Assembly: GCA_963664325.2 (NCBI GenBank)
Contig: CAXXDQ010000004.1
Span: forward strand, 352,001-416,000
Source of the DNA: Desulfomonilia bacterium
GTDB lineage: Bacteria; Desulfobacterota; Desulfomonilia; UBA1062
Direction of reading: 5' to 3'
DNA length: 64,000 nucleotides
The position numbers and the translations under genes were made by a program. Below are positions 1 to 8,345 of the stretch, piece by piece (the first letter of the stretch is position 1; each line of letters starts with the position of its first letter). The notes under the pieces are model-generated. The model searched no databases. It had not been told where the DNA came from and worked only from the letters and a program-made list of their open reading frames with translations.

Positions 1-400
1 TCGGGGTCGGGGCGGTCTGGCCGGTATCGCGGGATTTGTAATAATTGCCATAGAGTTCTTTACCGTTTCTCAGTTCAAACTTGGCAGTATAATCGACCGC
101 GGCTCCGTTATAGAGGACCAGGTAGACTGTGTTTCCGGACACTATTCCTTTAATGACATAAGTGCTGATATTGCCGGTTACATTATTGCCTTTCTGCAGC
201 AGTTCGCCCTGTCCCCAGCTCATGAATGAATCTGTTTCATTGAGAGAGTCTTTCCAGGTTCCCGAAATATTCACGGCGGCAGGTGTTCCACCCGCTTTTG
301 CTGCAAGCCATGAATCAATGTCGGTCTCCTTCAGTGCGCTGGCGCAGGACATGATAAAGAATACCGGGACGATAAATAGAATTAACATGAGTTTTTTCAT
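1..400 (-). CDS. Putative lipoprotein, runs off the window start (absent from ORF track)
   Basis: ATG at 400 with AAGGAG upstream; translates MKKLMLILFIVPVFFIMSC-ASALKETDIDSW...ISGTWKD... with a lipobox-like Cys; frame open to position 1. Confidence 0.75.
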   Translation of the reverse strand, partial: MKKLMLILFIVPVFFIMSCASALKETDIDSWLAAKAGGTPAAVNISGTWKDSLNETDSFMSWGQGELLQKGNNVTGNISTYVIKGIVSGNTVYLVLYNGAAVDYTAKFELRNGKELYGNYYKSRDTGQTAPTP

Positions 401-459
401 AATCGGGTCTCCTTTCTTTATCGTTTATTTTTAATAATAATGCAGCTGAAAAAATATAA

Positions 460-1047
460 TCAAGCTGTTTTTTTCCGTGACAAGAACTCAATGATATTTT
501 TCTTATGGCCGGCAAAAATTAAAATAACTGTAGCAGCCGTTGCAGCCGCGGAGATGGGGTTAAACTGAAAATTAAACGACAAGCCGATTCCCATCAGGGC
601 TATGACAATAAAAGACGGCATGAACGTAATCCTGACAAGCTTGTATATCAGAGGCCAGAGAAAGGTCGCCAGGAGTCCCCAGACGGGTAAGATGAATATG
701 GCAAAACCCATATAACTGGCCACGCCCTTGCCGCCTTTAAAGCCGTGGAAGCACGGATAGCGGTTCCCAAGCACAAGGAAAAATCCGGCAAATGCAACAT
801 CCTGCACGGGCAGAAGTTTAAGCGATAACAATGAAACCAGACCTGCACGGCCTATATCAAGTACAAGCACCAGGGCGGCCCAGAAAGGTCCCGCTATTCT
901 GTATACATTGGTTGTCCCGGGATTCCCTGAAAATTTTTTTCTCGGGTCATCCAGTCCAAGCAGCCTGAAGGTGATCATGGAAAAATTTATTGAACCGATA
1001 ATGTAGGAGCAAAGAAGAATTAGAACAGCTACAAGAGTCGTATTCAC
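460..1047 (-). CDS. plsY: Glycerol-3-phosphate acyltransferase PlsY family
   Basis: Hydrophobic 195 aa with PlsY motifs YIIGSI, SGNPGTTNVYR, FKGGKGVA and HKKNI. Confidence 0.88.
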   Translation of the reverse strand: MNTTLVAVLILLCSYIIGSINFSMITFRLLGLDDPRKKFSGNPGTTNVYRIAGPFWAALVLVLDIGRAGLVSLLSLKLLPVQDVAFAGFFLVLGNRYPCFHGFKGGKGVASYMGFAIFILPVWGLLATFLWPLIYKLVRITFMPSFIVIALMGIGLSFNFQFNPISAAATAATVILIFAGHKKNIIEFLSRKKTA

Positions 1048-1448
1048 GGGTTGTATACTTGGATGGCTGTCGTTCCGTATATTGTATCACCAGTAAAAAC
1101 GCGGCCTTCGAACACGCCGTAATTATCCATATCAAGAGTCCTCCTGCATGAAATATAAACAGGGATTCCCACCGGCAGATGAGCCGTCCCGATCTCGGCA
1201 CTGCGTATCCCGACAAGAAACCCGGCCCCTCCCAATTTTTTCTTATCGCGCCTGCACCAGCCGACATAAGCGCTTGTAGTCTGTGCAACGAGTTCAATAA
1301 TCACCATCGGATCAATCCCTTCCTGCCTCTGGAAAGGCCATGTTTCTGTTGGTACGGCTATGGCCTTGCAGCTGTTTTCATCCGATTCGAGAATATCCTG
1401 AATCAGTTTCATTCCGTCCCTGTGGGGCATGTAGGATTCAATATCCAT
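1044..1448 (-). CDS. Hotdog-fold 3-hydroxyacyl-ACP dehydratase, ApeP-like
   Basis: N-terminal MPHRDGMKLI, IELVAQT, GFLVGIR resemble ApeP/COG4706 proteins. Confidence 0.75.
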   Translation of the reverse strand: MDIESYMPHRDGMKLIQDILESDENSCKAIAVPTETWPFQRQEGIDPMVIIELVAQTTSAYVGWCRRDKKKLGGAGFLVGIRSAEIGTAHLPVGIPVYISCRRTLDMDNYGVFEGRVFTGDTIYGTTAIQVYNP

Positions 1449-1453
1449 GATAT

Positions 1454-1825
1454 TTATTTTGAATCATTAACTGGCCTGTCCGTTTCAATAAAACCGGAGC
1501 ATATAAGGTTTTCATCCCCTGATATGTCAAATGAGACGACTTTTGAACCTCCCTCGTTTCTCCATGCAATTTTTATATTCAGGAATGCATTGTCATGAAC
1601 AATCTGCCGGAAGCGGGTACGCCTCAGGCCTGTTATCCTTATATCCGGAATTGCTTTTCTTAAAAGCTCCTGAACCATACACAGCATGGAAACACCGGGC
1701 AGGACGGGCTCCCCGGGGAAATGTCCATTAAACCATAAAGATCCGGCCGGAATATTGAATTGTCCGGTAATACAGTCTTTGTTCAAGTTGTAACCGAGCA
1801 GTGTATGCCAGGTGACTTCCGCCAT
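1454..1825 (-). CDS. FabA/FabZ-like dehydratase, ApeI-like
   Basis: WFNGHFPGEPVLPGV motif; start reassigned to ATG 1825 just after the ACP stop. Confidence 0.78.
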   Translation of the reverse strand: MAEVTWHTLLGYNLNKDCITGQFNIPAGSLWFNGHFPGEPVLPGVSMLCMVQELLRKAIPDIRITGLRRTRFRQIVHDNAFLNIKIAWRNEGGSKVVSFDISGDENLICSGFIETDRPVNDSK

Positions 1826-1829
1826 ATAA

Positions 1830-2075
1830 TCAGCTTGGGATTTTTTTATAGATAAATTCAACAACATCCCTGACGGTACGGATATGTTTGAGTTCTTCTC
1901 CTTCAATTTCCATATCGAGCCTTGCTTCAAGCATTCCTATCATATCAAGCGCATCGATGCTGTCCAGACCCAGGTCATCTTTGAGGAGAGCTTCCATTGT
2001 TATATTATCCTCCGGAACCTCAAACTGGCTGATGAAATATTCTTTGATGATATCAAAGATTTCCTTTTTTTCCAT
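1830..2075 (-). CDS. Acyl carrier protein (ApeE/ApeF-type)
   Basis: Small acidic protein with LGLDSIDALDM phosphopantetheine site. Confidence 0.9.
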   Translation of the reverse strand: MEKKEIFDIIKEYFISQFEVPEDNITMEALLKDDLGLDSIDALDMIGMLEARLDMEIEGEELKHIRTVRDVVEFIYKKIPS

Positions 2076-2236
2076 GTTTTCTCCCAAGCGGGTCTAAAAA
2101 ACCGATCCGAAAATCATTTACAATGCAAGGGTGCCCAGTGTCAAATTGATTAAAGGTGATATTTCAAATGCCAGCAGCATACGCTCTGTGGTATTTTATT
2201 CCTGTTATATAAAGCCGATTGATAAAGGGGGTTGAT

Positions 2237-3304
2237 ATGAAAATTCTAGCAATAAGCTCAAGCCCGAGAGGGAACGGGCAGAGCAAGACGGAGATGCTTC
2301 TTGAACCTCTTCTGGAAGGTATGAAGGAGGCTTCAGCCGAGATCGAGGTTATCCATCTTCGGAACAAAAAAATTAAGAACTGCACCGGGTGTTATTCCTG
2401 CTGGACAAAAACTCCGGGTAAATGCGTGCATAAAGACGACATGACCAAAGAGCTGTTCCCGAAATACATCGGGTCTGACATAGTCATATTTGCATCCCCT
2501 CTTTATTTTTTCTCGGTTACAGCGGGCATGAAGACCTTCATTGACAGGACGCTTCCGATGGCAGAGCCCTTTATGATTGAGAAGAACGGCAAATCATCAC
2601 ATCCTCTGAGATGTCATGTCCCGAAGATCGTGGCCCTCTCTGTCGCCGGATTTCCCGAACTGGCTGTTTTTGATCAACTTTCATCATGGCTTAGGTATAT
2701 TTACAAAACGGATCTGATCGCGGAGATTTACCGGCCAGGGGCGGAATCTCTCGCCGCACCGGCTTTCGATAAAATAAAGGCGGATATTTTTGATGCATTA
2801 AGGAAGGCCGGACGCGAGATAGTTATGAACCAGTCCGTATCTGCAAATATAATGGAAAGGATATCGCTGCCCATTATTGACACGGAGACTTTCAAGCTCC
2901 TTGCCAATATGTGGTGGAAGACCTGCATAAAGGAAGGGGTGAATGCCAGGGAGGCTTCGAAAAAAAACCTAATCCCCAGGGCCGAGAATATTCCCGAGTT
3001 TCTTGCCATCTCGCGCATCGCATTCAAGCCCGAAAAGGCAAGAGACATTCGGACGGACATTCAATTCCTGTTCACCGGAGAAGGAAAGGGAGCCTGCACG
3101 CTGCACATTAAAAACGGCGCCATCAGGACTTCGGAAGGCATCGCCTCTGAAAAACCCGGCCTCACGATCAAAACGCCGTTTGATTTGTGGATGGACATAA
3201 TGACCCAGAAGACGGACGGAGGGGCGGCTTTCATCGAAGGCAGGTATACCGCTGAAGGAGACCTCGATATACTGATGAATTTTTCCAAATACTTTGGGGC
3301 ATAA
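2237..3304 (+). CDS. Iron-sulfur flavoprotein/NADPH-dependent FMN reductase fused to SCP2 sterol-carrier domain
   Basis: ISSSPR FMN loop, CTGCYSC-x7-C, ASPLYFF; C-terminal IQFLFTGEGKG...AFIEGRYTAEGD resembles SCP2. Confidence 0.8.
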   Translation: MKILAISSSPRGNGQSKTEMLLEPLLEGMKEASAEIEVIHLRNKKIKNCTGCYSCWTKTPGKCVHKDDMTKELFPKYIGSDIVIFASPLYFFSVTAGMKTFIDRTLPMAEPFMIEKNGKSSHPLRCHVPKIVALSVAGFPELAVFDQLSSWLRYIYKTDLIAEIYRPGAESLAAPAFDKIKADIFDALRKAGREIVMNQSVSANIMERISLPIIDTETFKLLANMWWKTCIKEGVNAREASKKNLIPRAENIPEFLAISRIAFKPEKARDIRTDIQFLFTGEGKGACTLHIKNGAIRTSEGIASEKPGLTIKTPFDLWMDIMTQKTDGGAAFIEGRYTAEGDLDILMNFSKYFGA

Positions 3305-3312
3305 TATAGCTC

Positions 3313-5439
3313 ATGCCGCGCATATTTAAATGGCTTGGCCGTGTCATAATAATTATTCTGGCTGCCGGGGCAGCCTTGTTTCTGGGTTTCTACCTTTGTC
3401 TTACCCCTTACAACGTTGAAAAAGCCTGCTATAACGGGCCCGGTGATGGCCTTGGCCAGGCAAGGTTGTTAAACAGCCCGTGGCAGGCCGGAAGTGCTGA
3501 AAACAATATCACGGTCGAATATAAGGCTGGCAAAGACGGCATAGCCGAAAACGGCGGGATCAAGATAAGCCTTGGCCATGTCATTGCCATCAGAGGGATG
3601 AGAGAACTGTATGTACCGTTTGACCTTTCGATATGGGCCCTTGTTTTTTTCGATATGAACCCTTACAGAAATGCTGCCGTATCCTCAAGCGCTCCCCTTT
3701 CGCAGGCGGAGCTGAATCTTGAAACCCCTTCGAAATACAGCCTGTTGAAAGACTATTTTTCCCTGATAAAATACAAGCGTTCAGAGACCGGAAAGAGTTC
3801 GCGCGATAACCTTTTAAGGGATATCGACAGGAACATCGGCCTGACGGTCAGGGTTAAAAGGGGAGCACTCAAAGAAGGCGATGTTGTAAGAATTACTTTA
3901 AAGAATATAAAGGCTCCTTTCAGGGAAACGGCCTGGGATATTGTCACATCCGATGACCATGACGGCGATGGATTGTTCGGCTTTATCAATCAGATGCCAA
4001 GGCTGGAGGTCAAGGTAAACAAAACCGCTGGCCTTTTTCTGAGCGCGCCCATGAATGCAAAGCCAGGAGAAGAAATCGATCTGCTTGTTGCCGCATCCGG
4101 CAGCACAGATTCCCTGGAAAGGGCTGAGGCTTATAAATCCACAGTGAAGCTGTATTCAAACCAGCCAGTTACCGGGCTGCCTGAAAGTTATAAGTTTATG
4201 CCTGAAGACAGAGGCTTTAAGCGTTTCAGGTTTAAAATCCCAACAGAAGGCCTTTACAAAATTACGGCCATAGATGAAAACGGATTAGCCGGCAGCAGCA
4301 ATTACATTGATACGAGACCATACAAAGATTTTATATTCTTCGGCGATATGCATGTCCACTCTGTCCTCTCTTATTTCGGTGAACGGGAGCCCGAATACGT
4401 CTTTGAAAGGAAAAGGGATATCGAAGGACTGGATTTTGCGTGCCTGACCGATAATGACATGGCAGGCGTTCCTCCACATACCAGCATAAATGCAACGCTC
4501 GGTATGACCCAGGGCGAATGGGAGCATATCAGGAAGCTTTCCGAAAGGTTCAACCGGCCGGGAAAGTTTGTAACCTTATCCGGTTATGACTGGATCTCCG
4601 GCAAAAACGGCTTCAGGAATATTTATTTCGGACCCGAAGTCGACAACCCTCCCATATTGTACCACGGCAGGGACGAGTACGATTCACCGTTAAAACTTGA
4701 TAGCGCACTTAACGGCATTGATGCCTTGATCGCAGATTATTCTCCGGCCCTTCTTACTGAAAATGCAAGCCACAACTGGGGCTCTTATACGCAAAGGCGC
4801 AGGATCATAGAAATTTACAACAGTGACGGGGCCTGTGAGTTTTATGACAATCCTTTCAATGTCAGCAAAGCATGGCAGGATATACCCGTTAAAAACAGGT
4901 TTTTTAAATGGCTGACAGGTTATGATTTCAGACAGGCACCAGACGATTCCGGCAGTTTTGTACAGGATATCCTGGCCAAGGGCTGGAAACTGGGCTTTAC
5001 GGCCTCAAGCAACGGGTATTATATGGCCTGGATAAACCAGACCTACAAACCCGGGTTAACGGCAGTTATCAGCACCGGCCTTGACCGGAAAAGCATTTAC
5101 AATTCAATTAAAGATCGCAGCACTTATGCAACCACCGGGGTGAAAATCGGCCTGAGATTCACCTGCAACAACCTCCCTATGGGCGGTGCCGTAAAAACAT
5201 CAGGCGCCCCTCTGCTTTCTTATGAGGTCCTTGGCACCGGTAAAATAAAATGTATCGAACTGATAAAGTTTGACGGTAAATATGCTGTGCTCTCAACAAA
5301 CACCCCCCCGGGCGACACGGCCTGTTTTAACTTCAGGGACATCGCATTCAGTAAAAAGGCTTTCTATTATGTCAGGGTCACGCAGGCGGACGGCAATATG
5401 GCATGGAGTTCGCCGATATGGGTGGAGCGGGAACAATGA
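3313..5439 (+). CDS. Membrane-anchored PHP-fold (CehA/McbA/DUF3604-like) protein with degenerate metal site
   Basis: N-terminal TM helix; FFGDMHVHS, GLDFACLTD, RSTYATTG, YYVRVTQADGNMAWSSPIW. Confidence 0.72.
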   Translation: MPRIFKWLGRVIIIILAAGAALFLGFYLCLTPYNVEKACYNGPGDGLGQARLLNSPWQAGSAENNITVEYKAGKDGIAENGGIKISLGHVIAIRGMRELYVPFDLSIWALVFFDMNPYRNAAVSSSAPLSQAELNLETPSKYSLLKDYFSLIKYKRSETGKSSRDNLLRDIDRNIGLTVRVKRGALKEGDVVRITLKNIKAPFRETAWDIVTSDDHDGDGLFGFINQMPRLEVKVNKTAGLFLSAPMNAKPGEEIDLLVAASGSTDSLERAEAYKSTVKLYSNQPVTGLPESYKFMPEDRGFKRFRFKIPTEGLYKITAIDENGLAGSSNYIDTRPYKDFIFFGDMHVHSVLSYFGEREPEYVFERKRDIEGLDFACLTDNDMAGVPPHTSINATLGMTQGEWEHIRKLSERFNRPGKFVTLSGYDWISGKNGFRNIYFGPEVDNPPILYHGRDEYDSPLKLDSALNGIDALIADYSPALLTENASHNWGSYTQRRRIIEIYNSDGACEFYDNPFNVSKAWQDIPVKNRFFKWLTGYDFRQAPDDSGSFVQDILAKGWKLGFTASSNGYYMAWINQTYKPGLTAVISTGLDRKSIYNSIKDRSTYATTGVKIGLRFTCNNLPMGGAVKTSGAPLLSYEVLGTGKIKCIELIKFDGKYAVLSTNTPPGDTACFNFRDIAFSKKAFYYVRVTQADGNMAWSSPIWVEREQ

Positions 5440-6464
5440 CGGGATTTAAGGTCCTCACCCCTGATATAATCATCAATACGGTTGAAAGGGCTGTCGGCAA
5501 AAGATTTACTGGCCTTTTGATACAGCATCCGAGCTATATAAACCGCGTCTACGAACTGCAGGCCATGGACGGCGAGCGTGTCGTTGCCAAGTTCTACCGG
5601 CCGGGCAGATGGAGCAGAGAGGCCCTGGAAGAAGAGCATGCCTTCATTGCCGACTGCGAGACCGATGAAATACCGGTTGTGGCGCCTTTTAAGCTGACGA
5701 ACGGATCAACCCTGTTCGATGTCGAAAACATAAACCTTGCCGTTTTTCCCAAAAAGGGCGGCCGGATGTTCGAAATAAATGCCGATGAAGACTGGGTGCG
5801 CGTCGGAGGCATTATCGGCCGCATTCATGCCGCAGGGGCAAAAAGGCAGGCCGTGGCCAGGGTAAGGCTCCATCCCGGGATATCCACCCGGGCGGATATT
5901 GAATTCCTGCTTGAAGGCGGATTTATTCACCCCGAATTGAGGGATGCGTTCAGGGAAGAATGCTTTCAGATACTCGAAGCGATTACGGAGCTGTTTGAAG
6001 GCGCCGAATACATCCGCATTCACGGCGACTGCCACAGGGGAAATCTTATCGAGAGGCCGGGTGAAGGACTGATGGTGATCGACTTTGACGACATGATGAC
6101 GGGCCCGCCGGTGCAGGACATATGGCTGATGCTGCCGGACCACTATACAAGGACAAAGCGGGAAATTGAACTGATAATGAACGGGTATGAAGATTTCAGG
6201 GAATTTGACTATTCATCGCTTAAACTGATCGAGCCGCTCCGTTTCATGCGCATCATTTATTATCTGGCCTGGTGCGCGCGCCAGGGGGACGACCTCGACT
6301 TTCAGCGTGACCATCCGGACTGGGGCAACGAGATGTTCTGGAGCAGGGAACTTGTGGACCTGCGCCATCAGTTCCAGATCATCATGGAGCACAGGGAGGA
6401 ATGGGAGAGGCAGCACGGAAACGTACTGCCCGACGACGAAAGCGATGACGGGTTCTATTACTGA
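5436..6464 (+). CDS. srkA: Stress-response Ser/Thr kinase SrkA (RdoA/YihE)
   Basis: SYINRVY, VAKFYRPGRWS, IHGDCHRGN, IDFDD; ATGA overlap with upstream stop. Confidence 0.88.
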   Translation: MTGFKVLTPDIIINTVERAVGKRFTGLLIQHPSYINRVYELQAMDGERVVAKFYRPGRWSREALEEEHAFIADCETDEIPVVAPFKLTNGSTLFDVENINLAVFPKKGGRMFEINADEDWVRVGGIIGRIHAAGAKRQAVARVRLHPGISTRADIEFLLEGGFIHPELRDAFREECFQILEAITELFEGAEYIRIHGDCHRGNLIERPGEGLMVIDFDDMMTGPPVQDIWLMLPDHYTRTKREIELIMNGYEDFREFDYSSLKLIEPLRFMRIIYYLAWCARQGDDLDFQRDHPDWGNEMFWSRELVDLRHQFQIIMEHREEWERQHGNVLPDDESDDGFYY

Positions 6465-6488
6465 TTATATACCCGTCATCCTAATGCC

Positions 6489-7925
6489 TCACTTGAGATT
6501 CCCCTGCATGTCAAGCTTGAGCACGTAGAGCATGGTGGAGCTGCCGTCCCTGCTCGTTTTTCTTCCGGCTGCAATGAAGCCCCCGTCCGAGGTCTGCCCG
6601 ATGGAGTCAATCGTATGGTCGTCAATCGTATCCCCGTAATATCTGTTCCATTTCAACTCGCCTGAGGAATCGAGTTTAATCAACCATGCATCATTCGCGA
6701 ATTCTTTAATCGGGAATAATCCACAAAAAATCTTCCATTCGCAAACCCCAGCTATGCAATCATTTATTGGTAAGCAAAAATAACCTTCTATGGGGAAAAG
6801 CCATGACGATCCTCCAATAATATAGCCACCATCGCTTGTCTGGCTGATGTCATGTACAGTATTGTATCTGTTTAAAGAATTGTCTGTGATTTCCTTTCCT
6901 ATCCATTGTACCTCGCCTGTCTGGTCAAATTTTGTCGTTGTCAAGTTTGAATAGAACAGAAATTCACCGTGGGCTGCCGGTATGATTTTTGAAGCATCGT
7001 TTCCAATGCAGTAGTTATTGTTTTTTTCCCATAGGAAATCGCCCAGAGAGTCATATTTTCTTATATCGGCGCCATCATAGGTCGGTTCGACAGCTATAAA
7101 GCCTCCATCGTCAGTTTCGATAATTTCGCTCACGCTGTTGTCGAAGCCCGTCGCAGTTTTCCATATTGCCATAAAATTGCTGTCGAGCCTTATCATCACG
7201 TTTCCGTCGAGCATCGAACGGGCATAAAGAATATAGCCGCCGCCTGAAACCTTTTTAAATGATATGAGAAGAGATTCTTCATTATTTAGATAATATTGAG
7301 ACCATTCAGTGCTGCCGGAACCGTCGAGTTTGATTATAACGACTCTGCTATCGTAATCTTCGCCGACTTTCAAGAATTCCGTTGAAGCAATCACAATACC
7401 ACCATCCTCTGCCTGAACAATCGAGATATTCGGCGGGCTGTTGATATTGAAATTATCCAGTTTTCTCTCCCATTGCATGTCTCCTGCGCTGTCCAGCCTG
7501 AGGATGTTCAGCTTGCTGTCTGTGATGTCTGCGATCACATAGCCGCCGTCGTATGTCTGCAACACGGCGTTAGGGCTTCCCACATCATCATATGTTTTCT
7601 TCCAGGTGACAACCTCTCCGGATGTTACAAGGACTTTCCATGTGTGCCGGTCACTGCCGGCTGTCACCCTGACTTCATGTTCGCCGGCATCATTCCCGCC
7701 GGGAGTGTATTCATATCTGCTGACTGAACTTTCCTGCTGTACACCGTCGAGTTGCCATGAATATGTCTGAATTACGGGATAGACTCTTATTTCGAAAACC
7801 TTGGCTTCACCAGGTTTTACAACAACCTCGTTCTCATTCGGATAGGTACTTAAAATGCATCCAGAAAAGGATAATGCATATACTGTTAATGCCACCGAAA
7901 GCGAGCAAACCTTGAAGAATTTCAT
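6489..7925 (-). CDS. Lipoprotein with Ig-like domain and beta-propeller repeats
   Basis: Signal peptide ending FSGC; repeated (Q/E)TxDGG(Y/F)I and KLDSxGxxxW units. Confidence 0.72.
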   Translation of the reverse strand: MKFFKVCSLSVALTVYALSFSGCILSTYPNENEVVVKPGEAKVFEIRVYPVIQTYSWQLDGVQQESSVSRYEYTPGGNDAGEHEVRVTAGSDRHTWKVLVTSGEVVTWKKTYDDVGSPNAVLQTYDGGYVIADITDSKLNILRLDSAGDMQWERKLDNFNINSPPNISIVQAEDGGIVIASTEFLKVGEDYDSRVVIIKLDGSGSTEWSQYYLNNEESLLISFKKVSGGGYILYARSMLDGNVMIRLDSNFMAIWKTATGFDNSVSEIIETDDGGFIAVEPTYDGADIRKYDSLGDFLWEKNNNYCIGNDASKIIPAAHGEFLFYSNLTTTKFDQTGEVQWIGKEITDNSLNRYNTVHDISQTSDGGYIIGGSSWLFPIEGYFCLPINDCIAGVCEWKIFCGLFPIKEFANDAWLIKLDSSGELKWNRYYGDTIDDHTIDSIGQTSDGGFIAAGRKTSRDGSSTMLYVLKLDMQGNLK

Positions 7926-8345
7926 GTGAACCTCCTTTTCATGATATAAAAACACAATATAATAAATTTAACAGTAAGGGCTTATCCAGTCAATCCCCGG
8001 ATTTCCATTTTAGAATATTAATAAATATTTTTTTCCGGTGAATTCACTGTTTGCGAATTGTTCATATAGCGGTATTCCGGGGAATATAAATATTATTCCG
8101 AGAGCTCCCGTTCTCTTTTGTTCCTGAAGACCTGACTGAAGGCGGATTTAATCACCCTGAAGACATGGATAAGTTAAGGGACTATTATTCATGAGAGAAC
8201 CTGGTGTCTTGAATAAGCGGTAACTAATCGTGTATTCTTCAGGACTTGATACTTTCCGGCATTTTATTTATAGTGTTTAAAGGAAATCATATTTCTTCCG
8301 ATATATTAGATTTATATATAGATATTTTACTATGGGGAGCTGAAT

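Noticed and set aside
6660-7450. Possible DGR variable region in the propeller lipoprotein
   Set aside because: No template repeat or reverse transcriptase in the window
8089-8194. Short start-less frame ILFRELPFSFVPEDLTEGGFNHPEDMDKLRDYYS and CCTGAAGA repeats in the intergenic region
   Set aside because: Protein-like but matches no family I recognise; could be chance
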